DNA of 64,000 bases from Octopus vulgaris. Taxonomy: Eukaryota. The stretch lies in assembly GCA_951406725.2 (NCBI GenBank), contig OX597827.1, positions 27,280,001 to 27,344,000 of the forward strand, read 5' to 3'. How positions within the stretch are numbered: position 1 is the first letter of the stretch; the number at the start of each line of letters is the position of its first letter. The notes below the pieces were generated by a model. It worked only from the letters and a program-made list of their open reading frames with translations, made no database searches and had not been told where the DNA came from. Both the position numbers and the translations under genes were made by a program. Shown piece after piece: positions 41,929-55,867 of the stretch.

Positions 41929-44900
41929 GTTTATATATATATATATGTACATATTAGCAATGTTACAATGTATGTGTTTTTCTCTGGACTCTCTCCTCTT
42001 TCTTTCTTCTTTTCCTTTCTGGAGTTTTTCCTCTTTCCAATGAAGGGCCAATGCTTGAAACATCATTTTCTCTCCTATTTTACCATCTAAATCTTTTCCT
42101 GACTGTCAACTTAATATATCTGTAAAAACAGCCTCAGCAAAATAATTTCTATAGCACTGCTAACACAGTAGAACATGGTGTTGACTTCTTTCTTTTCTTT
42201 TTTCTTTTACTTGTTTCAGTCATTTGATTGCGGCCATGCTAGAGCACTAACATTTAGTCAAGCAAATCGATCCTAAGACTTACTGTTGTTCTGGTCTCTT
42301 TTTGCCGAACCACTAAGTTACGGGGGACATAAACATACCAGCATCGTTTGTCAAGTAATGTTGGGGGAACAAACACAGACAAACACAGACACACACACAC
42401 ACACATATACAACAGGCTTCTTTTAGTTTCCATCTACCAAATCCACTAACGAGGCTTTGGTCGGCCCGAGGCTATAGTAGTTATTATTATTATCATTATT
42501 ATTATTATTATTATTATTGAAGGCAGCAAGCTGGCAGAACTGTTAGGAGGTTGGGCGAAATGCTTAGTGGTATTTCGTCCATCTTCATGTCCTGAGGTCA
42601 AATTTGCCTTTCATTTGTTCGGGGTTGACAAAATATGTACCAGTTGAACGCTGAGGCCTGTGTAAGCAATTATCTCTTTCCCTCAAAATTTCAGGCCATG
42701 TACCTATGGTAGAAAGAGTTGCTGCTGTTGTTGTTGTTGTTGTTGTTGTTGTTGTCATTTTCAAAAGTTTAATTCTTGGTTAAATAATTATGGAAATATG
42801 AAAAGCATATTTGATGGTGAAGAGGTTGGTGGTGAGGAAGGAACGAAAGAGAATGAACGAGATAATGTATATGTCTTTATTTAGGCTGGTATTGAATTAA
42901 TAAAACTCATCATAGGAAATTCAAATTCCTTTCTTCATCCTAACGTGTTCAGACATGTTTCTTGTGTTGGATGAAAGCCGAAGAAACCTGTTTCTTTTCA
43001 TCGATCAGATCTAAGCATTTCTCTTTCTCCAATGGATACTCTTGTTGTTGTTGTTCTTGTTCTTCTTTGTTTCTGTCTTTATCTCTTTCGTCCTTTGTCC
43101 ATTCTATTGTTTATATATTTTGTTAGGACACATCTCCATTATATACATCACCAGTCAGTGGCCTTGTTATATTCATTCATTCATTCATTCCTATCTCTGT
43201 TCTGTCTTAGTTGGAAAGACTGAAAATGAGAAAAAAAATAATAAAAATAAAGGAAAATGAAAAAAAAATGAACTAAACCTACAAAAGGCACAGCTGTAGC
43301 TGTGTGGTAAGAACTTTGCTTTGCGTAACCATAGTTTCAGGTTCAGTCCCTCTGTGTGGCACCTTCAGCAAATGTCTATTATAGCTCTTGGCCAACCAAA
43401 GCCTTGTGAGTATTTTGTGGATAAATTAAAAGAAAAATATTTTAAAACTGGTGCTCTGTCAGTTATGAGGACAAGTGTTTCAGTTGTTCCGATTAATGGA
43501 AGAGCCAGCTCATGAAATTAACATGCAAGTGGTTGAGTACACCACAGACACGTGTATCCTTAACATAGTTCTCATTGGAGATTCAGCTTGACAGAGAACG
43601 TGACAGGGTTTGTGCTTTGAAATACAGGTCCTACTCATTTTAACCAGCTGAGTGGAGTGGAGCAATGTGAGGTAAAGTGTTTTGCTGAAGGACACAGTGC
43701 ACCAATGAGGAATGGAACTCACAACCTTGTGACTATAAACTAACTACCCTAACCACACAGCCACACACTGATTAGTAGTGGACCAGCCCTCTTCTCAACT
43801 GGGGGCGTCCGCCACAACAAATATCCTAACCACACAGCCACACACTGGTTTGATGGATAGAAACTGAAAGAAGCCCACTGTATGTGTGTCTGTGTGTCTC
43901 CTTGTCTTGACAACCGGTCGCTTGTTGTAAATGAGTATCACTGTCATACAAGTGGTGTTTACAGTCTTCCATGAAAACATGTCCAGCTAAAAGCATAATA
44001 TTACTTTGTTAACAGGTCAGGGTTTGTAACAGGGAGGAGATCCAATAATTAGTAAAAAAAAAAGGAAAAAGCTCTGCCCCAACAAATTCTCTCCAACCCA
44101 AACAAACATGCAAAATTAGATATGAGAACAATAATGATAGTCGTGATGGTGGTGGTGATTACGATAATAATGGCAGGGATAGATACAAACACCAATTCTC
44201 ACAAATTTTGGTGCCAGAGTATAGTGTATGGCACTGACCTCAAGATTTAGTTCACCTCAGAAGAATGAAAGATAAACTTGATTTTGATAATTGTTTAATT
44301 CTGTCAAATGTAATGCTTATTTATTCATTCTTTTGAATTAATCCAGCATTATCTCATAGCTCTGAGATTTCAATGATGAGACTGTTTTAATCTTAGAATG
44401 AAGCAGCAGGGTAGGGGTGAGAGCCTGGATCTGGTCAGTTTGATCACAAAACAGGTAGAATATATATTTGCACCTAGGATATGGTTGGTTTAAATCTGAA
44501 AGGACATGTATATATATCTGTCTGTCTATGCAATCAAAATACGCAAAAAGGATATCCATCCTTGTTGCTTATTTTGATTTTAATTACCTTACATTGAAAT
44601 TGTATGGATAACACCATACTAAATTCTGGTGCCTCAACTTAAGTACCGTATTCATCTGAATCTAAATTTTATCTGTCTAGGTATAGATGTATGTATGGAT
44701 GGATGGATGGAATGAATGAATGTATGTATGTATGTGTGTACATATGCATGGATGTATGTATGTATGCATGTATGTATGTACATACAACTCTTTCATATTC
44801 AGATTGCTCTCTTAATTCCTTATTAATTCATGTTGTTTCCAATTAATCCTGCCTTATCTCGTAGCTTTGAGTTTCCACTGATATGATTGTTTATTTTTAG

Positions 44901-45588
44901 AGTGACATTGTAGGGTAGGTGAAAGAGGATGGATCTGGCAGGTTTAAACACAAAACATGTAGAATCTTTGAGGTCGGATAAGGCCCTTTTAAATGCTAAT
45001 GGGTCAAATGACCATTTTCCATGCTGGTATGGGCTGGATGGTTTGACAGGATCTGGCAAGCCACAGAACTTCATTTTATTGACCCTGAATTTCAAGGTCA
45101 GCTTTATCATGTATTCTACGGAAGGAAGACTTAATACCAACCACATTACAGTGCTTTTACTTGGTGCTTTTCCCATAGCACCAGCACCAGTGAGGTTACC
45201 AGGTACTTTGCAGTACACACACATGCACGCACACACAAGCATACATACACAATCAGGGTGTTGAAAAGTTCTTGGCTCTGGGTAAAAGAAAATTCAGGAG
45301 GATCAGTTAATTAGGATTTTATTCAACATATTCCTCTCTCAGATTCACACATTTATTGCAGACACTGGTGTCATGTAAATGGCATCCATGCCGGTGGCAC
45401 GTAAAAGCACCAATTACATTCTCAGAGTGGTTAGCACTAGGAAGGGCATCCAGCTGTAGAAAAACCTTGCAAATCAAACAGGAGTCTGGTGCAGCCTTCC
45501 AGCATGCCAACCCGGTCCAGCTGTTCAACCCATGCTAGCTAGGACAACAGACGTTAAATGATGATGATGATGATGATGATGATGATGG

Positions 45589-45622
<34 letters not shown>

Positions 45623-45800
45623 TGCTCAAAATGAGGAGTAGATAAACAGCTGATAACTGATAAAGGGTCCTTTTTCTATGTTAACTTCTCCTGTTTACCA
45701 TTTTTTCTCGTTTACGTATTTCATGTTATTTGCACTGTTGGTGATATCCTGTACCCATATATGCACACACACACACATACATGTATATATATATACACAA

Positions 45801-45859
<59 letters not shown>

Positions 45860-46078
45860 TGTGTGTGTGTATATATTATTTATTATTCATCGCACACATG
45901 AACTTCCACATAGTTTCCTTCTACCAAATTATTTCACAAAGTTTTTAGTTGCCTCAGGGCTGTAGTAGAAAAGACTTGCCCAAGCTGCTGTGCAGTGGGA
46001 CTGAATCTGAGGCCACATGGTTAGGAAGTAAAGTTCCTATACCCCCCACACACATACATACATGTATATATGTACATA

Positions 46079-46134
<56 letters not shown>

Positions 46135-46248
46135 ATATTTCGGAATGGTCATTTTGCCAGTTTAGCCAATAAAAACACATGCACTATATATTTGGTGTTA
46201 CTTTGCTTCAGTGTTATTTATTTTTTACATTAATCTTAATCTTATTTC

Positions 46249-46292
46249 GGCCAGAGTTCTTTCGTCACACTCCTGTGACTGCATCAGTGGTC
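46249..46292 (-). ncRNA. Variant minimal hammerhead (mirror copy)
   Basis: Reverse complement of 47281-47324 with three substitutions outside the core. Confidence 0.6.
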
Positions 46293-46895
46293 CTTTGCTT
46301 TCTTCTTTCTTATTTGTGTGTCTCTCAATACTAACCGTCAGCCATTTTGTATTTCTATTGTCTGTGTCTTCATTTGCGCATGCATATATCTCTATGTGCG
46401 TCTATGTTTAGTTAGTGTGTGTGTGTGTGAGAGGGAATGCCTGTAATATTTGTATCTTCTGTTTATATACGTTCGTGCAATTTGTTTTTGTTTATTCTTA
46501 TTTGCTCTTTCATTCCTTAAGTCTGGATTTTTAATTTAAGGAAGGAAAGAGCTCATCGATTCTATACCAACACGCCGAGCAGGAACACGGGGCTCAATCA
46601 ACAACATAGAAATTAAAATCTTGTCCACACATAGAACAGACGCAACAATCAGACAAATTACGGAAGCTACACACATAATAGAAGATAAACCTAGCCTGAA
46701 TAGGAAACTGGAATGGAACACTAGCACACACCACAACATATGACAGAAGAGGTTACAATATAAACAAAACTGAAAACATAATAAAATAAAATACACAGAT
46801 AAATAAACAAATGGAAGTAAATAACTATATACATTTTTAAAAAATTTATTATTTTTTTAATTTTAAGATATTTTTAAATTTAAAAATTATTATTA

Positions 46896-46938
<43 letters not shown>

Positions 46939-47007
46939 TAGTATTGTTGTTATACATACATACAAGCATACATAATAATAATAATAATGATAATAATAGT
47001 GATAATA

Positions 47008-47050
<43 letters not shown>

Positions 47051-47280
47051 GTGGACGTAAACACATGAACAAAATAAGAATAAACAAAAAGAAATTACAC
47101 GAACGTATATAAACAGAAGATACAAATATTACAGGCATTCCCCCTCCCACACACACACTAACTAAACATAGACGCACATAGAGATATATGCATGCGCAAA
47201 TGAAGACACAGACAATAGAAATACAAAATGGCTGACGGTTAGTATCGAGAGACACACAAATAAGAAAGAAGAAAGCAAAG

Positions 47281-47324
47281 GACCACTGATGCGGTCACAG
47301 GAGCGTGACGAAAGAACTCTGGCT
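47281..47324 (+). ncRNA. Variant minimal hammerhead (CUGAUGC core)
   Basis: CCA-CTGATGC-G-GTCAC aggagc GTGAC-GAAA-GAAC-TC^TGG. Confidence 0.6.
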
Positions 47325-47443
47325 GAAATAAGATTAAGATTAATGTAAAAAATAAATAACACTGAAGCAAAGTAACACCAAATATATAGTGCATGTGTTT
47401 TTATTGGCTAAACTGGCAAAATGACCATTCCGAAATATAACAA

Positions 47444-47474
<31 letters not shown>

Positions 47475-47475
47475 A

Positions 47476-47528
<53 letters not shown>

Positions 47529-47712
47529 TATATACATGTATGTATGTGTGTGGGGGGTATAGGAACTTTACTTCCTAACCATGTGGCCTCAGATTCAGTC
47601 CCACTGCACAGCAGCTTGGGCAAGTCTTTTCTACTACAGCCCTGAGTCAACTAAAAACTTTGTGAAATAATTTGGTAGAAGGAAACTATGTGGAAGTTCA
47701 TATATATATATA

Positions 47713-47767
<55 letters not shown>

Positions 47768-47874
47768 TTTTGTATGCCACCAGCGGCCTATGAAAAATTA
47801 TAGTCATAAATATGTATATCAAGGAACGGCCATATGCCATTCACCACTAGAAATATATATAATTCCGTATATGA

Positions 47875-47918
<44 letters not shown>

Positions 47919-47939
47919 GTATACATATGTATATATATG

Positions 47940-48106
<167 letters not shown>

Positions 48107-48132
48107 TATGTATATGTATATATCTATATATG

Positions 48133-48175
<43 letters not shown>

Positions 48176-48729
48176 ATATATATAAAGTTAATGACCTACT
48201 GTCTTTTGCTTTTCATTTCAATTACATTGGCAATTATGTGAAATGACTCTATCATATTTCATGGTGTTGGAGTTGTACAGCAGAAATGCAGTCCCACATG
48301 TAATTTAGTGAAATATTGACGATCAAATTACCAAGTAAATTTACTAAAATGTATGTTTGTTGGCATTGAGAAAAAGAAAAAAGAAACGGAACAACTCTGA
48401 AAGGTCAAATTATTTTCCGTCTTTTTTTACGAGACACCATCTGTATGGTAATTAGGACGTTACGTAGATGAAAGGTTTGTTTATAGTTTAAACATTAAAA
48501 AGCTGGAATTTTAATGTTCGGAATAATATTATAAACTGAAATGAAGATCAGATATGAGGGTAAAAGGAAAATACCATTAGTTTTATGACTAGCATTGTTA
48601 TTTTTTCTTTAAATTGCGATTATATGTGCGCGTAGGTGGAGGAGGAGATAACTGTATCAATGATAGTTTCCTTTCTAAATTGTGATGTATGTGTGCAAGG
48701 ATGGAAAGTGGAGACAACTGCGCCAATGT

Positions 48730-49190
48730 TCTATCTGTCGTGTTTTGTCTACTGGAAAAACTGTCAACCACCTGTCTTCAGGATTCTTTCTTCTGCATTG
48801 CTCTTGGCAGGTCGCATTTCAGTAGACCAGTGTCTTCTTCACCCAGTTCATCAATAAATGCCCTCGGATGTTTTCTGTGCAGTGGTTCCCGCATATGCAT
48901 TTCATTCAATAATTTTGTCCTTGCTATGAAATCAGCATCCACAGAATCTCAGGCTTTGTTCCTTTGTGATGGAGGTAACTCTTGGGAGATTACCATCAAG
49001 AACCTTGTTTGTTATATGTGAGACTGTCATTTGAAGTTAAGTCCTGCTCTCAGCATTCTTATGTATGTTTCATTGAGTTTTCTTTCCTCTTTCCACTGCC
49101 TTAGTCAGATTCTGTGTAGCATAACAGCATAATTTCTATTGATGCTTGCAAGAAGCATATCTAAGGAGTTGCCTTCCAAATGGTGTCTAA
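48730..49190 (-). pseudogene. Degraded RTE-like LINE ORF2 C-terminus
   Basis: KLNETYIRMLRAGLNFK*QSHI..NKVL.GNLPRVT and IDEL..DTG...DLPRAM, with stops and frameshifts. Confidence 0.6.
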
Positions 49191-49193
49191 ATA

Positions 49194-50086
49194 CAGGGTG
49201 TCCCAAAAGTCACTGATGGATTTCAATTTTTAATAACTTCCTTAACTTTACAAAGAAATTCATGAAATTTTGGTACAATATAAAGGACATAATGGAAATT
49301 AATATGTACAAGTCAAATTATGCAACACCACTACATCACAAATGAAAAATGACATCGCTGAAATAGCAACTGTTTTCGGCTTCACATGCCACTGCTCTTT
49401 CCAAAATTTGCACCACAACACCCTCAAGAATTTCAGACCCCACTTCTCTGATTTCTCTATTGATGTTCTCCTTCAGTTGCACCAGGGTTTCCAGTTTGTT
49501 GACGTAAACTCTCTCTTTCAGGAACTCCCACAAGAAAACAATCAGAGCTAGTCAAGTTTGTGGAACATGAAAGCCCTTTAAATTAGACCCCATGCATGGT
49601 TCCAGCAAGATGAGGAAATTGCTCATACGACAAGAGAAACAATGCAGTTGTTACGGAAGTGCTTTGGAGAGAATAATCTCCTGTTACGGCAATGTCAACT
49701 GGCCTTTACGTTCCCCAGACTTAACTAGCTCGGATTTTTTCTTGTGAGGGATACCTGCCTAAGAGAGAGGGTTTATGTCAACAAACCAGAGACCCTGGTG
49801 CAACTGAAGGAGAACATCAATAGAGAAACCAGAGAAGTGAGATCTGAAACTCTTGAGGGTGTTATGGTGCAAATTTTGGAAAGAGCACGGGCATGCAAAG
49901 CTGAAAATGACTGCCATTTAAGTGATGTAATTTTTCATAAGTGATGTAGTGGTGTTGCATAGTTTGACTTGTGCATATTAATTTCCATTATGTCTTTTAT
50001 ATTGTATCAAAATTTCATGTATTTATTTGTAAAGTTAAGGAAGTTATTAAAAATAGAAACCCATCAGTGACTTTTGGGACACCCTG
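49194..50086. mobile_element. Tc1/mariner derivative made of two inverted right ends
   Basis: TA-CAGGGTGTCCCAAAAGTCACTGATGG ... CCATCAGTGACTTTTGGGACACCCTG-TA; ~360-bp arms; transposase remnant WFQQD...WPLRSPDL..SDFFL...KERVYVNKP from 49597. Confidence 0.92.
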
Positions 50087-50767
50087 TATTAGTGTCAATT
50101 TTAGTTGGGTTTTTTTTTCTTTGTTAAGTCTATGGATGGTAGTGGGAGATAATTGTGGACTTCTTTTCACCCTGTAGGACTTCGTTAGCAAATATACAAT
50201 AATGCAGGCCTTCACTCACTTAATTTGTTGAACCATTAGTGATTGAGTTTGTTAAGTAATTAATGTAGAAAAATGTCAATGAACAAATTTTGAAAAGAAA
50301 TAATCTGCATGACATCTGATCATTTACCAAAATGTTGATATAATTATAATATAAAATATTCCAATTACAAAATAAGATTCGATATGCAAGAAAAGTATGA
50401 AAATATATATATTCACTGATGACCGATATTGTTGTTTCCAATGAAATGTATGGGTAGACAATTCAAGACATGTCACACACTGATGAATCAACTGTGTGAA
50501 ACCCACTAAAATTTGTCTGGGTTTTGGTGATATTTGTCAGTGACAAATACTCTTTTACTTTTTTACTTGTTTCAGTCATTTGATTGTGGCCATGCAGGAG
50601 CACCATCTTTAGTCAAGCAAATCAATCCTAGGACTTATTTTTTGTAAGCCTAGTTCTATTCTATCAGTCTCTTTTGCCGAACCGCTAAGTTATGGGGACA
50701 TAGACACACCAGCATTGGTTGTCAGGCAATGTTGCGGGGACAAACACAAAGACAGACAGACAGACAG

Positions 50768-50803
<36 letters not shown>

Positions 50804-51368
50804 TTATATACACACACATACATATATGCGACAGGCTTCTTTCAGTTTCCATCTACCAAATCCACTGACTAGGTTGTGGAGGACATTAACCCATGGTGCC
50901 ACACAGTGGGGCTGAACCTGGAGCCATGTGGTTAGTAAGCAAGCTACTTACTACACCGCCAATCATGCACCTATATAGTTTATTTTTCATCAGCAATTAT
51001 CGGTAGATAACTCTTGACATGTTTCATTCTGTTTAAGCTCTTCAATAGAAGTGTCTTTGTCTCCATCAGCATAACTTCTCAAAATATAGATGATGCTACT
51101 TAAAAACTAATATTATTCTCTTGTTTGAAGAGAGCAAGGGTGACTAATCTAGATAGGTTTCAGTCTCATTCATGCTCTTTAGGGAGAGTGCACCTTCAAT
51201 GGAAGTGGTGGTTGCTCAGTAAAACACACAATAAAATGAAATATTAAATTGACATGAAAGAAACAAATAATTGACATAAAACAAATAAAGTGAGTGTTTT
51301 TCCAATATCTAGCCTGTTTGGTAATTAATCTGTTAAAGAGATGATAGCATCTAATATATATATACACG

Positions 51369-51404
<36 letters not shown>

Positions 51405-51462
51405 CATATACACACATGCTGATACACATCCATACATACATATGCACACATATATACTTATT

Positions 51463-51506
<44 letters not shown>

Positions 51507-51565
51507 TACATGTACACACATATACATATATACACATATATACATATATTTATTCATACATACAT

Positions 51566-51620
<55 letters not shown>

Positions 51621-51719
51621 CACACACATATACATATATATACACATATATACATATATATGCATACATATACACACACACATATACATACATATATATA
51701 CACACACACATATATACAT

Positions 51720-51761
<42 letters not shown>

Positions 51762-51777
51762 GTACATATATATACAT

Positions 51778-51831
<54 letters not shown>

Positions 51832-51847
51832 GTACATATATATACAT

Positions 51848-51883
<36 letters not shown>

Positions 51884-52819
51884 GTGTGTAGGTATATACA
51901 TGCTAATATGTACACATATATATATGTATATATGAAGCAGTTCTTCTTACTGTGGCAGAGGTTAATATGAATTATTGAATTTTTCTCTATGCTAAGAATT
52001 ACTCTCATGACAGCACTCACCAATACCCATCTACCTTCTGACTCATAGATGTGCTGTGTCTTCTCTCACTACCTTTCCTACTGCTACTAGAATGGCTTCA
52101 AGCTTCCTTTTAACTGTCACATCTTGAATCACCTCTACTTGGGTCCACCCAACTCACTTGTCTCTCTCTCTCTCTCTTTCTCTCCTTCTCCCCACCCATA
52201 CTATTTTCTATCTCCCTCCCTGGACCTCACACACACCTCAGTACCCAGTTCTTTCTCCCCATAACTACCAATACATTGGAATTCTTTACCCTACAGATAT
52301 TAATTCGCTTTTAATCAAACGAGACAATGATTACACCAATTTCTTCAGTCTCTGATGACAGTGAAGTCTAGAAAAAAAATGCAACCTCCTGAAAACTGGT
52401 AATCTTGGGACACCACCATCATCATCATTACTATCATCATCATCATCATCACAACTATCACCACCACCACCACCACCACCACCACTTTCATTTTTACATC
52501 TCTTTTCCATGCTGTCATGTGTTGGGTGGGTTGTCACTACAAGAATCTGTTTCAGTTAGTTCAAGTACTGCCCTCCATCCTCCTTGATATATTGGTATTA
52601 TATCTCTCTCCTGGATTCCATTTCTACCTGGATTTCTATAGTTCCCTTCTCTTCCTGACACCAACACCTTTCTAGAGTGCACTGGGGGCATTTTATTTTG
52701 GCACCAGCACCAGAAAGTTTGTCATGTCCTTGGCAACACTGAAACATCCTTTATCGCCAACATTATCTCCATTCACCAATGATTAGAGGCCACTGGGTGC
52801 ATTCTGTAGTGGTACTAAC

Positions 52820-53529
52820 CAGGACTATGAAATCAGAGTCAGAGAGTCGGAATCAGATTTGGAAACAATTAAAGGGTAGCTGGAGTCAGAGTCTACCGAC
52901 TCCAACTAACAATGCCTTTATTCTTTAATATAAACCAGTTATAAGGTGGCAAGTTGGTAGAAACGTTAGCATGCCGGGCGAAATGCTTAGCAGTATTTCA
53001 TCTGCTGCTACGTTCTGAGTTCAAATTCCACTGAGGTCAACTTTGCATTTCAACATTTCAGGGTCAATAAATTAAGTACCAGTTGTGTATTGGGGTCGAT
53101 CTAATCAACTGGCCCCTTCTCCAAAAATATCGGACCTTGTGCCTTGAGTAGAAAAGAATATAAACCAGTTATAACATAGTTTTCTACTCTAGGCACAAGA
53201 CCTGAAATTTTTGGAGAAGGGGCCAGTTGATTAGATCGACCCCAGTACACAACGGATACTTAATTTATTGACCCTGAAATATCAGATGAACTACTGCTAA
53301 GCATATCGCTTGGCGTGCTAATGTTTCTGCCAGCTCACTACCTTTAGTTATAACATATAGGCTTATTCAAAGTACAAGCATATACAATATGAGGTATGTA
53401 GACCACAATCACTTAATTACATAAAGAAGAGTCAGAGCCGGAGGTGCCAATAGTAGAGGAGTCAGAGGTGCCAATAGCATAGGAGTCTGAGTTGGAGACA
53501 AAGTTTTTTGTTTTGACTCCACAGCCCTG
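52820..53529. mobile_element. hAT-type MITE carrying two nested SINEs
   Basis: Degenerate TIRs CAGGACTATGAAATC/GACTCCACAGCCCTG; 8-bp TSD GTACTAAC/GTACTACC; internal GGAGTC repeats. Confidence 0.75.
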
Positions 53530-53860
53530 GTACTACCACTCTAGAACAGTATTTCCCAAACCTTTATTACCTATGGCCCCCTCTTTGATCCCTGTTTTAA
53601 TCTGGTGGTCTCCGTAGCCATTCCATGTTTAAAAAATCCTATTATAATTAAATCATAGAAGTAAAATCACCTTATACACAAATTTCACAAAATCTTATAG
53701 GGACCCCACCACCCTTAGGCTTATGTGGACCTCGTCATTGCTCTTTAGGTTGTCCTGTCCTTGCCAAGAGTGAAGGATTATGATTGTCATCATCATTGCT
53801 GTTGTTGTCATTTTAATGTCCACTTTTCCATGCTTGCATAGATCAGACAGAATTTGTTAA

Positions 53861-54070
53861 CCCTTTCAGCCCAGCTGGTACATATTTGTACCAGTCAAAA
53901 ATTTTACATTCTATATGATGCGGTATAGTACCACTCCGGTTATTCTGTTAAGTATGTAGTGCCAGACGTATGGTCGGAGTGTATGACTCTATAATGACAG
54001 CTCGAAAGGCTCGCATGCGTACAGACCTCCCACAATTACCGAGTTGAGGAAAAATTCTGGATTGAAAGGG
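53861..54070. mobile_element. piggyBac-type MITE
   Basis: TTAA-CCCTTTCA...TGAAAGGG-TTAA, interrupting an older repeat. Confidence 0.85.
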
Positions 54071-55548
54071 TTAAGGCAGATTTTCTACAGCTGGATGCTC
54101 TTCCAGTGACCAAGTCATCTGTTTTCAGGGTAATATTTCACCCCAACCAGATAAATTTTCCATTGAAATTTGGAACCTTGCATAATGAGGTTTCTTTTTA
54201 TAAACATCATGTAAATGTCTACCCAAGGGTACACACACACACACACACAGAGGCACATACATGACAGTCTTCTTTCAGTTTCCATCTGCCATATCTATCA
54301 CAAGGTTTTGGTTGGCACAAGGTGCTGCTCAGTGGGACTGAACTGAAGACCACATGGTTGGCAAGCAAGTCTCTTAAGCACACCACCATTCCACATGCTT
54401 TTGTCTTGGAGAAAAACTTATCCAAAAGTCATTTAATATGTAATTAATTTGCAAAAACCATCATTACATTCTTGGTTTTATTGTTTCAGGAAAAAAGTTT
54501 TTTAAGACCCATTGAAAGCAAAACTGTTTTGGCGCAACGTTTTCACTCAATTATTTTGTCTGATTGGATCTTTGGTAGATGTGAAGGCTAGCATCCCATT
54601 CTTGTATTACATCCAATAATGCATTCAGAAATTTGGTATTTTATCTGCTAGAATGTTCCAGATGAAAAAGATGATGGTGAATCTTTGTTGTCCAGAGATT
54701 ATCCTCTTCCTCCCTAATCTCCTCCTCAGCCTCTTCCCTCATCCCCCTCCCTCATTTCCCCATCTTCCCTCATCTCTCCATCCTCCCTTGTCTCCCCATC
54801 CTTCCTCTCCTCCTCCTCCTTCATCTCCCCATCTTTCCTCTCCTCCTCCCTCATCTCCCCCTCTCCCCCTCATCTCCTTCATCCTCCTCCTCCATCTCCT
54901 TCACTCATTTCCTCCTCCCTCCCCCTCCTCCCTCATTTCTCTCATCTCCTCCTCCTCTTCCTTCCATTGTTATCATTTTCTTTCTTTCTTTATATAATTT
55001 TGTTGTAAAGGATTATTTTTTTATTTTTTATTTCTTGGTAGACATTCCTGAGAATACATTAAGCCAGGAATGCCAGAACATAATCTGATGTAAGAAAGGA
55101 AATTGTACACTACACTTAATCAGAACGAAATTACCATAATTAAAAGGGAGGAACCATGTTACAAAGTTGAGAAACTAAGCCGCCAAGAGGCAGAAACTCC
55201 TCTGGTGCATAATCCAAGTCTGCAAACCCAATGTTAACCATCTTACCAATATAACTGGCGTTCATAAGAATAATTCATTCTGTCATAAGGCCTGGAATTT
55301 TGGTGGAGAGTGCTAGTCATTTGCAAAACCCCCTGTGCGTAACTGGTACGTATTATCTATTGACCCTGAAAGGATGAAAGGCAAAGTCAACCTTGGTGGA
55401 ATTTGAACTCAGAACTTAGCGACAGATGAATGTCTTTGTGGCTTCTTGGTTTGGCAAAATACCAACAGAAGTACCAAACCAAAAGTCATAAGTTCTTGTG
55501 TCGGTTTGCATGACTAATGTATGTATATATATATATATATATATATGT

Positions 55549-55619
<71 letters not shown>

Positions 55620-55658
55620 ATATATATATGTATGTATATATATATATATATATGTATG

Positions 55659-55766
<108 letters not shown>

Positions 55767-55825
55767 ACACTACAACCACCACACACACACACATCACTAT
55801 TATGATTCACACAACAATATATATA

Positions 55826-55867
<42 letters not shown>

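Larger units (their letters stand above)
45898..47701 (+). mobile_element. Third PLE family: 3' fragment with ~600 bp inverted arms
   Basis: 45898-46503 is the reverse complement of 47072-47701. The spacer 46535-46743 translates (one frameshift) to SSILYQHAEQEH..IEIKILSTH...RQITEATHII..KPSLNRKLEW, a PLE GIY-YIG-type C-terminus. Hammerhead-like fold in each arm. Confidence 0.8.

Noticed and set aside
42035-42068. Degenerate hammerhead-like TGAAGGGC..GCTTGAAACATC (and a similar trace at ~32010-32057 minus)
   Set aside because: Too many core mismatches and no stem I.
54490-55088. Possible host exons (acceptor TTTCAG at 54489, MFQMKKMM then GTGAAT; 55041-55088)
   Set aside because: Weak donor, stops in all frames of the second block, no recognisable protein; needs RNA-seq.
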